DNA of 64,000 nt, from NCBI GenBank assembly GCA_963737905.1, contig CAVTUQ010000002.1:320001-384000 (forward strand), read 5' to 3'. Source of the DNA: an uncultured delta proteobacterium (GTDB lineage Bacteria > Desulfobacterota > Binatia > UBA9968). Below, piece after piece: positions 37,315 to 48,286 of the stretch (within the stretch, counting starts at the first letter, position 1; every line of letters begins with the position of its first letter). A program made the translations under genes and the position numbers. The notes beneath the pieces were generated by a model. That model was not told the DNA's origin, made no database searches, and saw only the letters and a program-made list of their open reading frames with translations.

Positions 37315-38406
37315 TCAAATCCCGTAGAATCGTCTGGGATTGTCGGAAAGAATTTTTCGTTTGACCTGCGGATCGAGGCCCTCCATCGCTTTGAACCGGG
37401 AAATCGCGTTGAGCTCGCTTGAGGTATCGCCATGGCCGTAGTCGGTACCGATCACGAGATTTTCCTCGCCCGCGTAAGAGATCACATAAGAAAAATCGTC
37501 ATCGGTCTGGGTTGAAACATAGATCCCGTAGTCACGGAAGCAGTTCATCGAGACCGGGTGTTTACCTCCCAGGGAGCGCCGCACGGCTTCGTGAACGACC
37601 CAGGGCACCCATTGGCTCGACGTCTCGATGAAACCCCAGCGCAGCTTCGCGAAGACCCGCGGTATCTCGCTCATGATCAGCGCGTAGCATGCGGTGACTG
37701 TCGGGACTCGAAATGTCGAGAAACCGCCACCGGCTTCGTTGTTCAGCAAATTGAACAGCTCGGGGTTGCCGTTGGCAATGTGCACGGTCACCGGAATGTC
37801 GAGTCGCTCGGCCTCGTCATAGATTGGATAATAAAATGGGTCCGTCATCAGCTTACCCCTTTCGAAGGGGCGCATGCAGACGCCGACGGCGCCATGTTCC
37901 TTGGCGAAGCGCATTTGCGGCGCGGCTTCGGTCGGGGTCAACGCCGGAACGACACAGGTCCAGCGCAAGCGGTTTGCACCGAGCTTCCAGACATCCGCCA
38001 GCCAGCGGTTCCAGCTCCAACAGAGCGCGATCTCCACTTCGGGGCGGCGCGTGAGCGGCCGGAGCCAGAGCGAGTTGTAGAGCACTTGCACATCGATCCC
38101 CAAGGCGTCCATGTGTCTCAGCCGTTGGGTCACATCGCTGAGCTCCCGGGCTTGCACTGAGGTTCCCACTTCCCGGCCGAATCGTTTGACATGCTCTTCA
38201 GACTGCTTGTCGTTGGGGGAGGGAAACTTGGGGCCGAGATCCTCGCCGTCGAGAACCCAATGCTGGCGCTCGGGATTGTCCGGCTCGGCCACTAACGTAG
38301 GGCGATATTTTTCTTCGCCGGCTTCGAGATAATCCCATACGCGCTCGTTCTCTACCACATGCGCGTCCGCGTCAATCACGTCGGTTTTTACATTTGCCGT
38401 TGACAT
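37315..38406 (-). CDS. amidohydrolase_2 family protein
   Basis: IDADAHV; MD..GIDVQVLY; VHI; GFIE; GTDYGH.D; ILSDNPRRFY. Confidence 0.9.
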   Translation of the reverse strand: MSTANVKTDVIDADAHVVENERVWDYLEAGEEKYRPTLVAEPDNPERQHWVLDGEDLGPKFPSPNDKQSEEHVKRFGREVGTSVQARELSDVTQRLRHMDALGIDVQVLYNSLWLRPLTRRPEVEIALCWSWNRWLADVWKLGANRLRWTCVVPALTPTEAAPQMRFAKEHGAVGVCMRPFERGKLMTDPFYYPIYDEAERLDIPVTVHIANGNPELFNLLNNEAGGGFSTFRVPTVTACYALIMSEIPRVFAKLRWGFIETSSQWVPWVVHEAVRRSLGGKHPVSMNCFRDYGIYVSTQTDDDFSYVISYAGEENLVIGTDYGHGDTSSELNAISRFKAMEGLDPQVKRKILSDNPRRFYGI

Positions 38407-38515
38407 CGGATCTCCGTCGTCAAAAGGATTACCCCAACATCGGCTTCGCTGTCTAGAGGTCTGTATTGGGCCAGCATGAATTCCACAGTTTGCGACTTTC
38501 TGATCCCCGATTTTG

Positions 38516-39575
38516 TTAGCTCGCTTCTCCAAGAGTCACGGCCACGTCGTCCTGGCTCACCTCGAACTGTGTGCCAAAGCGGGCGGAGATCTGCTGTATA
38601 TCCTTGACGATCTGTGGAGCCTGGGACGGCTGAAAGAAGTCGGGAGGGCCGTTCCCCTTGTACAGTCCAGGGACAAAGGAGAGACGTTGGAGTTTGCCAT
38701 CGTGAATACGGCAGCGCACCAGCATGGCCAAGAGTATTAGGTTGGGGCGCTTCTGGTAGTGAAGGTCGTGGACAAAGTTGCCCAGCGAGTAGAGTATGGG
38801 CTTGCCCTTATACACCTCAATGGCCTGGAGAACGTGAGAATGATGGCCGGCCACCATGTCTGCGCCGGCGTCGATCGCGAAATGGCCCATCTCTGTCTGG
38901 TATTCCGTAAGCTCGCCGGTTCCACCTGTAGCGGGTGACACACCCCAGTGCCAGGACACAATCACTACGTCCGCTTCTTTTCGTGCTTTGCGAATATCCT
39001 CTTCCAGAGCGGCGCGGTCCGCGCCGCGATCAGGAACAGTGTGGATGATCGGTGGAGAGCCTGGCACATGGTGCACCCGAAGCCGGGGCTCGTAAAAAGT
39101 CTGGACGGAATAGTAGGCAATGCCGCCCCTGTCTTCTGTAGCGGGCGCCGTGATCGGGTCGCACACCGACGCGCGGCAGACGAAAGCGACCTTGGTACCG
39201 TTGCGCTCGATGATGGCGGGCTTTCGTGCTTCGGCGAGATTGCGGCCGCCGCCCCCGCGCACGATGCCAGCCTTATCCAGGACGTCCAGGCAACGCAAAA
39301 AAGGATCTAGGCCGTGCCATGTGCTTGGATTGTTGGCGAGGTTCATGACATTGAAGCCTGCCCGGACGTAGGAGTCGAACATCCACTCATCGGTTCGAGG
39401 GTGGTGGTCGTGGTCATAGGGGCGCGAGATACTTGGCATCAGCCACCACGGTTTCCAGGTTGCAGAAGGCGATGTCTGCGTCTTTGAGCAGATGCCGGGA
39501 AGTAGCGAAGGCGGAATCGGGATCGGGGCGACCCACGAAGGTATCGCCCACCAGCACGATATTGACGTTACTCAC
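38516..39575 (-). CDS. CapA / poly-gamma-glutamate synthesis family metallophosphatase (frameshift near 39420)
   Basis: IVLVGD...FCNLET, then a frame change; NLANN; VSWHWG; IDAGAD.V.GHHSHV; YSLGNF. Confidence 0.87.
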
Positions 39576-39913
39576 AGTGAGCCTCAGTCTTTAGAGCCGT
39601 GCTCTGTATTGCTGCCTTGGGCGTAAACACTATGCGGTCACAGGCTATGGTGTCAATCTGACAAGAATACGCGAACAGGAAAGAGAACTGGGAACTCTGT
39701 CGACTACCTGGACAATTTTTGATCAGAAGCTTTACGGAACCGGCGAAAACTCTTACACGGGTCGGCGGCGCCGTCGATCAAGCGGGACACGGGAAAGGGG
39801 ACTTTCCTAATTTCTTGCCACCGGTTAGAACGAGCTGCTATGGTGCCGCTTGCCACCCTTCAGCCGAGGGGACAGAAAAAACGATCTGGAACCGACACGA
39901 ACCGGTAAAACTC

Positions 39914-40306
39914 ATGCTTGACGCCGTCATCGCCGTGATCACAAAAGGAGGAAAGGTTCTGTTCATTCAGAGGGCGCCGGGCATCCGAGGCGGAGGGCAT
40001 TGGGCGCCAGTCAGCGGCGAAGTCGAGCCTGGAGAGAGTCAGGAAGCGGCGGTGGCGAGAGAGGCGATGGAAGAAGTAGGCTTGACCGTGCGGCCGATTC
40101 GGAAGGTTTGGGAGAACGTCTCGACGCGGGGAACTTTTAGACTGCACTGGTGGATCGCGGAGTACGTCGGCGGTGAATTGGCGCTCAATGCAGCAGAAGT
40201 AAGCGACGCCCGCTGGCTCACGGTTGACGAGATTTGCCGTCTGGACGGCACGTTCGAAGGCGACTGGGAATTTTATCAGAAGATCCTTCCCTCTCTCGCT
40301 CACTAA
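39914..40306 (+). CDS. NUDIX hydrolase
   Basis: Nudix box GEVEPGESQEAAVAREAMEEVGL. Confidence 0.9.
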   Translation: MLDAVIAVITKGGKVLFIQRAPGIRGGGHWAPVSGEVEPGESQEAAVAREAMEEVGLTVRPIRKVWENVSTRGTFRLHWWIAEYVGGELALNAAEVSDARWLTVDEICRLDGTFEGDWEFYQKILPSLAH

Positions 40307-40398
40307 AGCACTGATTCACCTACGTCCCACTCATCGCTTGATAAGACGACGGGACTAGGATATTCGAGCGGTTACGGTCAATTGCTGGCGAAGATGCC

Positions 40399-41451
40399 AT
40401 GATGGTCAGTTCAATGTTCCACGTTCAAGGTTCAAGGTTGGTTGCAAAGGTTTCAACTAGACTACTCGCGACGTTGTTCGCGCTTTGGCTCTGCGCTGGT
40501 ATTGCATATCCAGTAAGCGCGCAGGATGTGAGAGCGAAGGCGGAGGCCGAAGGCAAGCTGATGATGTACGCGACCTTCACCGCCGCGGACTCGAAAACGT
40601 TGCTGGACGCGTTCAAGCAGGTCTATCCGAAAATCGATGCGGTGTACTATCGCAGCAATGACGCGGCCCTGATGGAGCGATTCGTCAACGAAAACCGCGC
40701 CGGGCAAAATCTTTGCGATGTGATCGTAACGACGAGTTTCTACGGTCAGAACATCAAAAAACGCGGACTGTTCGCGCCCTATGATTCCCCGGAGCGCAAA
40801 TTTTTCCGCGAAGGCTACAAAGACCCGCAGGCGCACTGGACGTCCACATACACGAATTATGGCGCGTTCGGCTACAACAACCGCGCGGTGCCAAAGACCA
40901 GCGTGCCGAAGTCTTTCGATGATTTGCTGAAGCCCGAGTGGAAGGGGCAGATCACCATGGAAGGCCGCGCCTATGAGTGGTTTGGCACGACACTCAAAGC
41001 GATGGGCGAAGAAAAAGGGCTGGCGTATATGCGCGAGCTGGCCAAACAGACGGAGCTGCGCACCGGTCGCAATTTGCTCGCTCAGCTCGTCGCTGCAGGA
41101 GAGTTCAAAGGCGCGCTCAGCGGCTACTCGCAAACCTTCGAGGTTTTGAAGCCCGCCGGCGCGCCGGTGGATTGGGTATATCTAAATCCGGTCTTTGCCA
41201 ATATTCATCCCACCGGTATCGCCGCCAAGGCGCCGCATCCCAACGCGGCGCGCTTGTTCATCGACTTCGTGCTTTCCAAGCGCGGCCAGGAAGTGATTCG
41301 TGGCATGAATCGCATTCCGGACCGGATTGACACGCCGCCGGACCAAGCGCGGCTCATCGAAAACATCAAGCCCGCCTTCGCTCCAGCGGAGGTCCTGGAC
41401 AATTTCGAGCGCTACGCCAAATTGTTCCACGAGATCTTCGGCGGGCGATAA
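40399..41451 (+). CDS. ABC extracellular solute-binding protein (Fe/thiamine/polyamine-like fold)
   Basis: A.AEGKL..Y; DLLKPEWKG; KAPHPNAARLFIDF.LSK.GQ. Confidence 0.88.
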   Translation: MMVSSMFHVQGSRLVAKVSTRLLATLFALWLCAGIAYPVSAQDVRAKAEAEGKLMMYATFTAADSKTLLDAFKQVYPKIDAVYYRSNDAALMERFVNENRAGQNLCDVIVTTSFYGQNIKKRGLFAPYDSPERKFFREGYKDPQAHWTSTYTNYGAFGYNNRAVPKTSVPKSFDDLLKPEWKGQITMEGRAYEWFGTTLKAMGEEKGLAYMRELAKQTELRTGRNLLAQLVAAGEFKGALSGYSQTFEVLKPAGAPVDWVYLNPVFANIHPTGIAAKAPHPNAARLFIDFVLSKRGQEVIRGMNRIPDRIDTPPDQARLIENIKPAFAPAEVLDNFERYAKLFHEIFGGR

Positions 41452-41474
41452 CGCGCGAAGCGTTGCCAAACTCC

Positions 41475-42621
41475 TTAGCCCTTTGCCGGATGCCAGTTAT
41501 AGCTTTTCACTGTATAGGCGTCTTGTGGCATTAAGGTGGTAAGTCCTCCCTTTGCCAGTTCGCCTTCGAATTTCTCCCGAATCCACGGATCTTCATCGAC
41601 ATATTCAATCATATCCTTGGCGCGGTCTTCGATCTTTTCCGCATGGCCGCGAAACTGCCGCGGCGGATGAAGCGCGAGATAGCGAGCGGGCGTGGCGCCG
41701 ACGTTGAAGTGCTGATGAAACCACTTGTTGGGCGGCACGAACATGCTGCCTTCGTGCCAAGGCGCCACAATCTTCTCTTTGCCTTCTTCCCACAGGACCG
41801 AGTAGCCTTCACCGGCCGGGATCACGATGACCCGCCCCGGGCCATGACGATGTGCTTTTTTATAAGTACGCGTGGGAAAGACCGACATGTGGCATGACAT
41901 CTCTGAATTGGGAAACATGATCGTCACACTCATCCCGCCGCGTCGATTGGTCGTAAGCTTATCCCAAGCGGCCATGTCGGAGAAAAAATTGCCGAACCAG
42001 TAGACGCGATTTCCACCCCAGGCGAGGGAAGGATCGCCGTTTTCGATCAGCTTGGCCTCGGAATAGGCATCCATTTCTTGTTTTGAACTGTCTGCTTTCT
42101 GAAACGGATTATTGAAGTAAAAGCTCGCCTCGGTGACCAGCGAAGTCGCCAGCGGGAGATAGCTATAGCGGAGCAGGCGGGCCGGCCGATCGCCGCGCAT
42201 GTTCCCCAGCTGCAGGTAAGAGTTGGAGCCGATTTGAAACAAGCTGCGGTCTTGCCACTCAAAGGTTTTTTTCGGCGCGCCGTCGGCGGTCCAAACCGTG
42301 CTAACGCCCCTGCCCTGCAGCACATAGATCAGCTCGTCGAGAGCGAACTTCACCGGTGGCAACGTTTTGCCCGGCAGCGATCTCCATGACGATGGCAGAA
42401 GTGATTCCCTCCTGCCCCATAAGCTGAATGAACGCCGCGTTGCATTGACGCTCATCCCACCAGCCCAGCTCCACCGTGCGGAGATCTTCGATGAAAAAGC
42501 CGCGATGAATGGGAATCCCGACGGACTCCATCCAGCGGTCATAGGTATACGCCTTTACTTCAACAGCCGCTTGACTGGATTGATACGGGTTTGCGGTCAG
42601 TTCCGCGCTTTGAGTTGCCAT
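41475..42621 (-). CDS. bicupin protein (frameshift near 42400)
   Basis: Y..WME..GIP..RG...EDL; ELIYVLQGRG; AHRHGPG; WFHQHFN. Confidence 0.82.
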
Positions 42622-42711
42622 CGTCACGTCTCCTCCTTAAGTTTTTGCATCAATTAATTTATTCTCAACCGCCAGGGTACAGTAAACTTCACTTACATTG
42701 GTTGCTTATGC

Positions 42712-43825
42712 TCATTTTTGCTCCTGCGCTTTGACGATTTCCTTTGCAAGCTTCAGCACCGGAGTCATGTCGGTAAACTCGTGGCGTGCTACGTCTAGAT
42801 ACTTTCTTCCTTCGACCAAACGGTTTTCAGCGGGAAGCACATCTTTGGGAATGTCTATTCTGCGAGAGTTTGGCGGCAACTCGCCATAAAGATCATTGGA
42901 CTTTTGCATGGCGGTCTGTCCCTTGCGCGAGAGAAACCAGTTGATAAACACGCGGGCCGCGTTGGGATGGGGGGCGCCCTTGATCAGGCTGATCGAACCG
43001 CCGCCGGTGCTCAGCGGTTGCCCTTCTTTCCAGTCTCCGGTTTCGAAATCTTCCACCGGTAATCCTTGACCGGAGGCTTTCTCAATTTGCCGGCAGCCGT
43101 GGCAGATCGCGAACTTCCCCGCCCCCAGCCAGTCCGTGATCGCGCGCCGATCGCCGAACGTGATGTCCATCCCGCCCAAGGCGCGCCTAATAAACTCCGG
43201 TCCGAGCTCGGGCTGGTAGTAATAGAACTGCAAGTTAACGCTGAGCCCGGTCTCGGTGGGCCGTTGCGAGGTGGTTCTTCCCTTTCCATTTTGGATTGGT
43301 CAGATCCCAATAAGATTTAAATTCTTTCGCGTTGACGAGATTGGAATTATAAGACAGGCCGCGGACGCCGGGCAACGCGATGTAGACAAAGATGAATTGG
43401 TCCTCGCTGTCCGTGAAGACATGCTTGCCACCGTACCATTTGGACTCGTCGAGCACTTCGGGAAGTAGGAAGGCGGACTTGATCGAGTCGAGAATCTTGC
43501 CGCGGTAAAGCAAGCTATAACTAGAATTCGGCCCGCCGCTGTAGATGTCCGCGATGGTTTTTCCGGCACGAACCTCCGCCGTTATTCTGGTGGCGAGCTG
43601 ATCTCCGGTGCCGTTAACCGAAACGATTTTGATCTCCGGGTAGTCCTTTTTGAACTCGTCGAGCAGCGCCGCTTGGCCGTACCGGCCGACGTAGAGATTC
43701 AACCGCCCCTCTTTCTTGGCCGCCGTAACGGTTTGTTCCCAATCGCTTTTCCAGTCGGCGTACAAGTTAGCAGTCCAAAAAATGATTGCTACCAGAAGCA
43801 GGTTGATGGCGATGCGGGTTTTCAT
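42712..43825 (-). CDS. ABC extracellular solute-binding protein (frameshift near 43265)
   Basis: WEQTV.AAKKEG; DL.NPKWKG in one ORF, then APHPNAARVFINWFLSRKGQ in the next frame. Confidence 0.85.
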
Positions 43826-43857
43826 AACTTGATCTCCTCAAAGTCAATGTTTTTTGA

Positions 43858-44616
43858 TTACCCCGCCCGCATCTTCAGTAGCGTCGGAATATCTATTTTC
43901 TCCTGATACGGTCGCAGTTCTTCTTCTCTGCGCTGGACGCCGAGCATGGCCATGCGGTCGGCGAGCTCGTTGCCTTCGGTGCCGACGTGGCCGGCGACGT
44001 GGGTGAGTTTCAGTTCTTCTTCAATGCGCCGGTAGATCGCGTAGCAGTCCTGGATGATTTCCAGGTTCCTGATCTCGCCGCCGGGTTTTTTCCAGCCTTT
44101 CCTTTCCCAGTTGGGTGCCCAACTGCGAATGCAGTTGATGGAGTACGCCGAGTCGCTGCGCACCTCGACGGTGTTGCCAGTCCTGATTTCCGCTTCGGCC
44201 ATGCGCAGTGCGTGATAGAGCGCGTTCAGTTCGGCGGTGTTGTTCGTCCCCATGGGGTTGTAGAGGCCATACCACAGCTCAGCGAGTTTGCCGGCTCGAT
44301 ACACCACGATACCGGAGCCGGCATGGCCAGGGTTGGGGTCACAGGCACCATCGCAATAAATGCTGACATCTAACTGTTGAGAGGGCTGGGCGCCACGGCG
44401 TTCACTGTCCCGCGTGCCGGCTTTTTGTCTACCGGCTTTTTTGGACGGAAGGCTTGCGTAGCCGCCGCGACCAAAGGCTTGCTCGGCTTGTGCACGGGTC
44501 GGGAAGGACTTGAATCGCGCTCCGGCATACTTGTCCACGACCCGCTGAGTGGTCGCCCAATCCGAGAATACACCGGTCTGCCGTCCCGCCCACACCACGT
44601 AAAATTTCCGAGCCAT
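43858..44616 (-). CDS. rnhA: ribonuclease HI with an N-terminal viroplasmin (hybrid-binding) domain
   Basis: KFYVVW.GR.TGVF..W; YCDGAC..NPG; TNNTAEL; SDSAY; HV.GH.G..GNE.AD. Confidence 0.92.
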   Translation of the reverse strand: MARKFYVVWAGRQTGVFSDWATTQRVVDKYAGARFKSFPTRAQAEQAFGRGGYASLPSKKAGRQKAGTRDSERRGAQPSQQLDVSIYCDGACDPNPGHAGSGIVVYRAGKLAELWYGLYNPMGTNNTAELNALYHALRMAEAEIRTGNTVEVRSDSAYSINCIRSWAPNWERKGWKKPGGEIRNLEIIQDCYAIYRRIEEELKLTHVAGHVGTEGNELADRMAMLGVQRREEELRPYQEKIDIPTLLKMRAG

Positions 44617-44677
44617 GATGAGTCAAATGCCTTTTGGTAGAAACTGGTTTTCCGGGTTTCGTATGAAGAAAGTTCTA

Positions 44678-44756
44678 CCACCGAGGCACAGAGTTCCTAG
44701 CGCGGAGTAATGATTAAAAAACTCTTTACTCCGCGTTCTCAGCGCCTCCAGGGTGC
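44678..44756. repeat. imperfect palindromic REP-like element
   Basis: CACCGAGGCACAGAG..GCGCGGAGTAA / TTACTCCGCGTTCTCAGCGCCTC..GGTG. Confidence 0.55.
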
Positions 44757-44779
44757 AATCTCCGATCTGCGAGAGCCTC

Positions 44780-44803
44780 TGACAGCGTCCCCCGGACGCG
44801 TCA
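44780..44803 (-). promoter_or_regulatory. candidate bacterial SECIS hairpin
   Basis: UGAC-GCGUCC-GGG-GGACGC-U-GUCA starting 10 nt after the in-frame UGA; G-rich apical loop; no U-tail. Confidence 0.55.
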
Positions 44804-44804
44804 C

Positions 44805-46301
44805 TCAGGTACCTCAGAAAGTTTGGTAGCGCTCTTGTCCTTCCGGTGCAGGTTCGGCAAAGGCGGCAAACTCCGGTTGATCGTCGAACGGGCGCGATAG
44901 AATCTTGAGCAAGGTCGCAAAGGGCACGTAATCTTCGCGTTCCACTGCAGCGCTCAAGGCTTCCTCGACGCGATGGTTGCGCGGGATGAACGTGGGATTG
45001 GCGCGCCGCATCGCCTGCGCCCGCGCCAAAGGCGCTACCGCCTCGCGCGCAAGCCGCGCCCGCCAGTGTCCACTCCAGAGATCGTAAGCCGACGGATCGG
45101 CGAACAGCGCGCGAATCGGTTCCTCCTGGCCTAAGGCCGCATCGGCGAGGTGACGGAAAGCCAACGTGTAGTCAACACTCTTGCCCTCCATCGCGGTAAG
45201 CAACCCCGTGGCAAGGTTGAGATCGGCCTCGTCCTCACTGACCAGTCCGAGCTTCGCGCGCATGCCTTCTAGCCAGTGGCGTTCGTATTGTTCCGGAAAA
45301 GCATGGACCACCTGAGTGGCGCGTGCGATGGCGCGAGTTTCATCGGCATCGATCAAGGGTAAAAGCGTCTCCGCCAGCCGCGCCAGATTCCACTGCGCGA
45401 TCTTGGGTTGATTGCCGTAAGCATAGCGGCCGTGGGTATCGATGGAGCTGAAGACCGTTGCCGGATCGTAGTGATCCATGAAGGCGCACGGGCCGTAGTC
45501 GATCGTCTCGCCCGAGATCGCCATATTGTCGGTGTTCATCACGCCATGGATGAAGCCCACGTGCATCCAGCTGGCAATGAGCGCCGCTTGTTTGTCGCAC
45601 ACGCGCTCGAGCAATCCCAGGTAGGGATTCCCATGGTCCTTCAGCTCCCGGTAGTGGCGATCGATAACGTAATCGGCCAGGCGACGCACCTTGGTCTGCT
45701 CGCCGCGGGCCGCAAAAAATTGAAAGGTACCCACGCGAACATGGCTGGCGGCAACGCGCGTCAAAACCGCGCCTGGCAGTGCGCTCTCGCGAAAAACGGG
45801 CTCACCCGTAAGAACCGCGGCAAGCGCCCGGGTCGTCGGAATACCAAGCGCGTGCATCGCTTCGCCGATCAAGTATTCACGCAACACGGGCCCGAGGGCC
45901 GCCCGGCCGTCGCCGGCGCGCGAAAAGGGAGTGGGACCCGACCCTTTGAGCTGAATATCGCGACGATGGCCGTTGCGGTCGATCACTTCTCCCAAAAGCA
46001 GGGCCCGCCCGTCGCCAAGTTGGGGCACGAAGCCGCCGAACTGGTGGCCGGCGTACGCTTGGGCCAGCGGCGCCGCTCCTTCGGGTGTCTCGTTGCCGGC
46101 AAAGATCCACGCGCCTTCCTCGGAATCGAGAGCGCTGGCATCCAGCCCCAATTCTTTCGCCAATTCACGGTTAAGCTTAACCAACCTAGGCCGCGCCGCT
46201 TGAGCCGCCTTCCAGGGTCGGTAGAAGCCCTCAAGTTCGCGCGCATAGGTATTGTCGAAGGCGAAGCGCGCGATAGCAGGGCTGTTAAGGGCGTGCGTCA
46301 T
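44805..46301 (-). CDS. selO: protein adenylyltransferase SelO/YdiU; C-terminus YQTF-TGA-GT* (candidate Sec)
   Basis: YAGHQFG..QLGDGR; QLKG.G.TPFSR..DGRA; HGVMNTDN; IDYGP; NP..IPRNH. Confidence 0.93.
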
Positions 46302-46399
46302 CGTGTAACTTTCTTGATCGCGAGGATTGATGATCCTCGACTATCATTGTTCTCCATATCGATAGAAATATCTACACCTGCAACGGCACCTGCCGGCGC

Positions 46400-47479
46400 T
46401 TAGACCGGACTTGGAATCGGCATGTCGTAAAGTCGCGCGACGTTTTCCCGCACCAGTTTGGCGCGCAACCCAGCGGGTAGATCGCCTAGGTCCCGGGCTA
46501 CGATCTGGCGGGAATGGGGCCAGGTCGAGTTGCCGTGGGGGAAGTCGTTGGACCACATGCAGTTGTCGGCGCCCCACCACGACAGTATGTGGCCGCCGAC
46601 AGCGTCATTAAAGAAAGTGGCATAGACCTGGCCGTGAAAATATTCACTTGGAAGTTTCTTTATGGCGAGACCTTCGCGGTTGATTCCATGGCGCTTGAAG
46701 TAGTAGTCCCACTGTTCGAGTAAAAACGGAATCCAGCCGATCTCGTTTTCGACCAAGACGAGCTTAAGCCGCGGATATCGCTCCAACACGCCGGAGAAGA
46801 TGAGCTCGTAGAGGCTGTTGATGGACTGGAACAATTTCATGTTGACGCTGTTGCTCTCCTGCGTGAGACCGCCTTCGGCAGCAGGGTTAACGCCGAAGCT
46901 GCGGGTACGGCTGTAGCCGTGGCCGCTCAAAATGTGCAGGTTGACAGGCATATCGAGGTCCTGAGCCGATGCCCAGAACTTGTCATAGTGCGCAGAGGCG
47001 AAGGGCAGTTCGGGCGGCGGGACTTGCCATATCACGGAGCCGTGCAGGCCGGCCTTGCGACAGCGCTCCTGCTCTTTGACGGCGCCGTCGATATCGTACA
47101 TAGACAGCATTGCGATGCCGATGAGACGGTCGGGGGCGGCCTGGCAGTAGTCGATCAGCCAATCGTTGTAAACGCGGGCGCAGGCCGCCTCCAGCCCGGG
47201 ATCGTCCAGGCTCAGCGCCTTTAACCCGTGAGTGGGATAGAGAACTTCCGCGCTGACGCCGTCGGCTGCCATTTCAGCGACGCGCTTGGTCTTATCCATG
47301 GCACCGGGCGAATCGGTGGGTCTTTGCCCGCCAAATCCAGGGGCGCGATCCTGAAATGCTTTAGGGAGTTGTTTTTTCCAAAGACCCTCCGGCTCAATGA
47401 CGTGCGAGTCCGACGAGATCAAAACTTCGTCGATGACGACGTTGCTCTCTTTCCCATAGGTTCGTTCAATAATGGCCAT
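46400..47479 (-). CDS. amidohydrolase_2 family protein
   Basis: ISSDSHV; DGV.AEVLYPT; NLHI; VENEIGW; WSNDFPH. Confidence 0.9.
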   Translation of the reverse strand: MAIIERTYGKESNVVIDEVLISSDSHVIEPEGLWKKQLPKAFQDRAPGFGGQRPTDSPGAMDKTKRVAEMAADGVSAEVLYPTHGLKALSLDDPGLEAACARVYNDWLIDYCQAAPDRLIGIAMLSMYDIDGAVKEQERCRKAGLHGSVIWQVPPPELPFASAHYDKFWASAQDLDMPVNLHILSGHGYSRTRSFGVNPAAEGGLTQESNSVNMKLFQSINSLYELIFSGVLERYPRLKLVLVENEIGWIPFLLEQWDYYFKRHGINREGLAIKKLPSEYFHGQVYATFFNDAVGGHILSWWGADNCMWSNDFPHGNSTWPHSRQIVARDLGDLPAGLRAKLVRENVARLYDMPIPSPV

Positions 47480-47533
47480 TGTTTTGGCTCCTTTGTAAGT
47501 TGTGTGAAAACGGCGCGAGCTTTAGTTTCAACC

Positions 47534-48286
47534 TCACAGATACTTTGTCGGACGCCGGATCGTGCGCCACATGTGGGAGGTTGGGCTGTTGTCGAAGCCC
47601 AAGCCCTCAGGCGGCTGTCTGAAGTTACGCCCGACGATGTCGATGAAGGGTTCCCAGCTCACCACCGCGTTGGGGTCGAAGGAGTAGATGTCGTGGACGG
47701 TAATCATGCGCGCTGTCATATACCACTTGTGATCGCGGGCGCGCTTGTACGCTTCTTTGATGTAGTCGTCAGGCTCGTAGTCCGCCCCGAAATGCTTGAC
47801 GTACATTTCCGGATACGAGTAGCCCACCGACTCGTCTGGGAAGAAACGCAGCGCCTGGTGCGCGCGGATCGCCCAGCTTACCTCCTCGTCGACGTAGGGC
47901 TCGACCAGTTGCGCGCCCAGTAACCGTGGTCGCTCTTGATGAAGATTGCATTGGCGATATCGTGCAGCAAGCAGGCGAGAATCGTTTTCTGGGGCATGGA
48001 AGCCTTCAGCGCATGGGTCGCGCTTTGCAGCAGATGATTGATCCCCTTAGCGCGATAATTGAAAAAATCGGCGAGCGTCGGCTTTGCAGGCATTTTCGGC
48101 AGCCGTGGATCGTCGTCCATCAGTTGATACTTGCGGTTTTTGGGGTCGGAACCTCATGTTGGACGCGCCGAGCTTGCCGTCCGCCATATTGAACAGCGCC
48201 GATTTCGAAATGAGTACATCGAGCTCGTCGCTCATTTTTCGCTCGACGGCATCCGCGCGCTCGTCCAGCGATATACTTTTGGCCAT
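47534..48286 (-). CDS. HD-domain protein (frameshifts near 48135 and 47915)
   Basis: Three frames join: NHLLQSA...ACLLHDI...DHGYW(G)AQL.EPYVDEEV.WAIR.HQ...D.YSFDP. Confidence 0.8.

Noticed and set aside
44780-44803. Hairpin as a rho-independent terminator
   Set aside because: No poly-U tract on either strand.
45408-46403. 331-aa plus-strand ORF
   Set aside because: Antisense shadow of selO.
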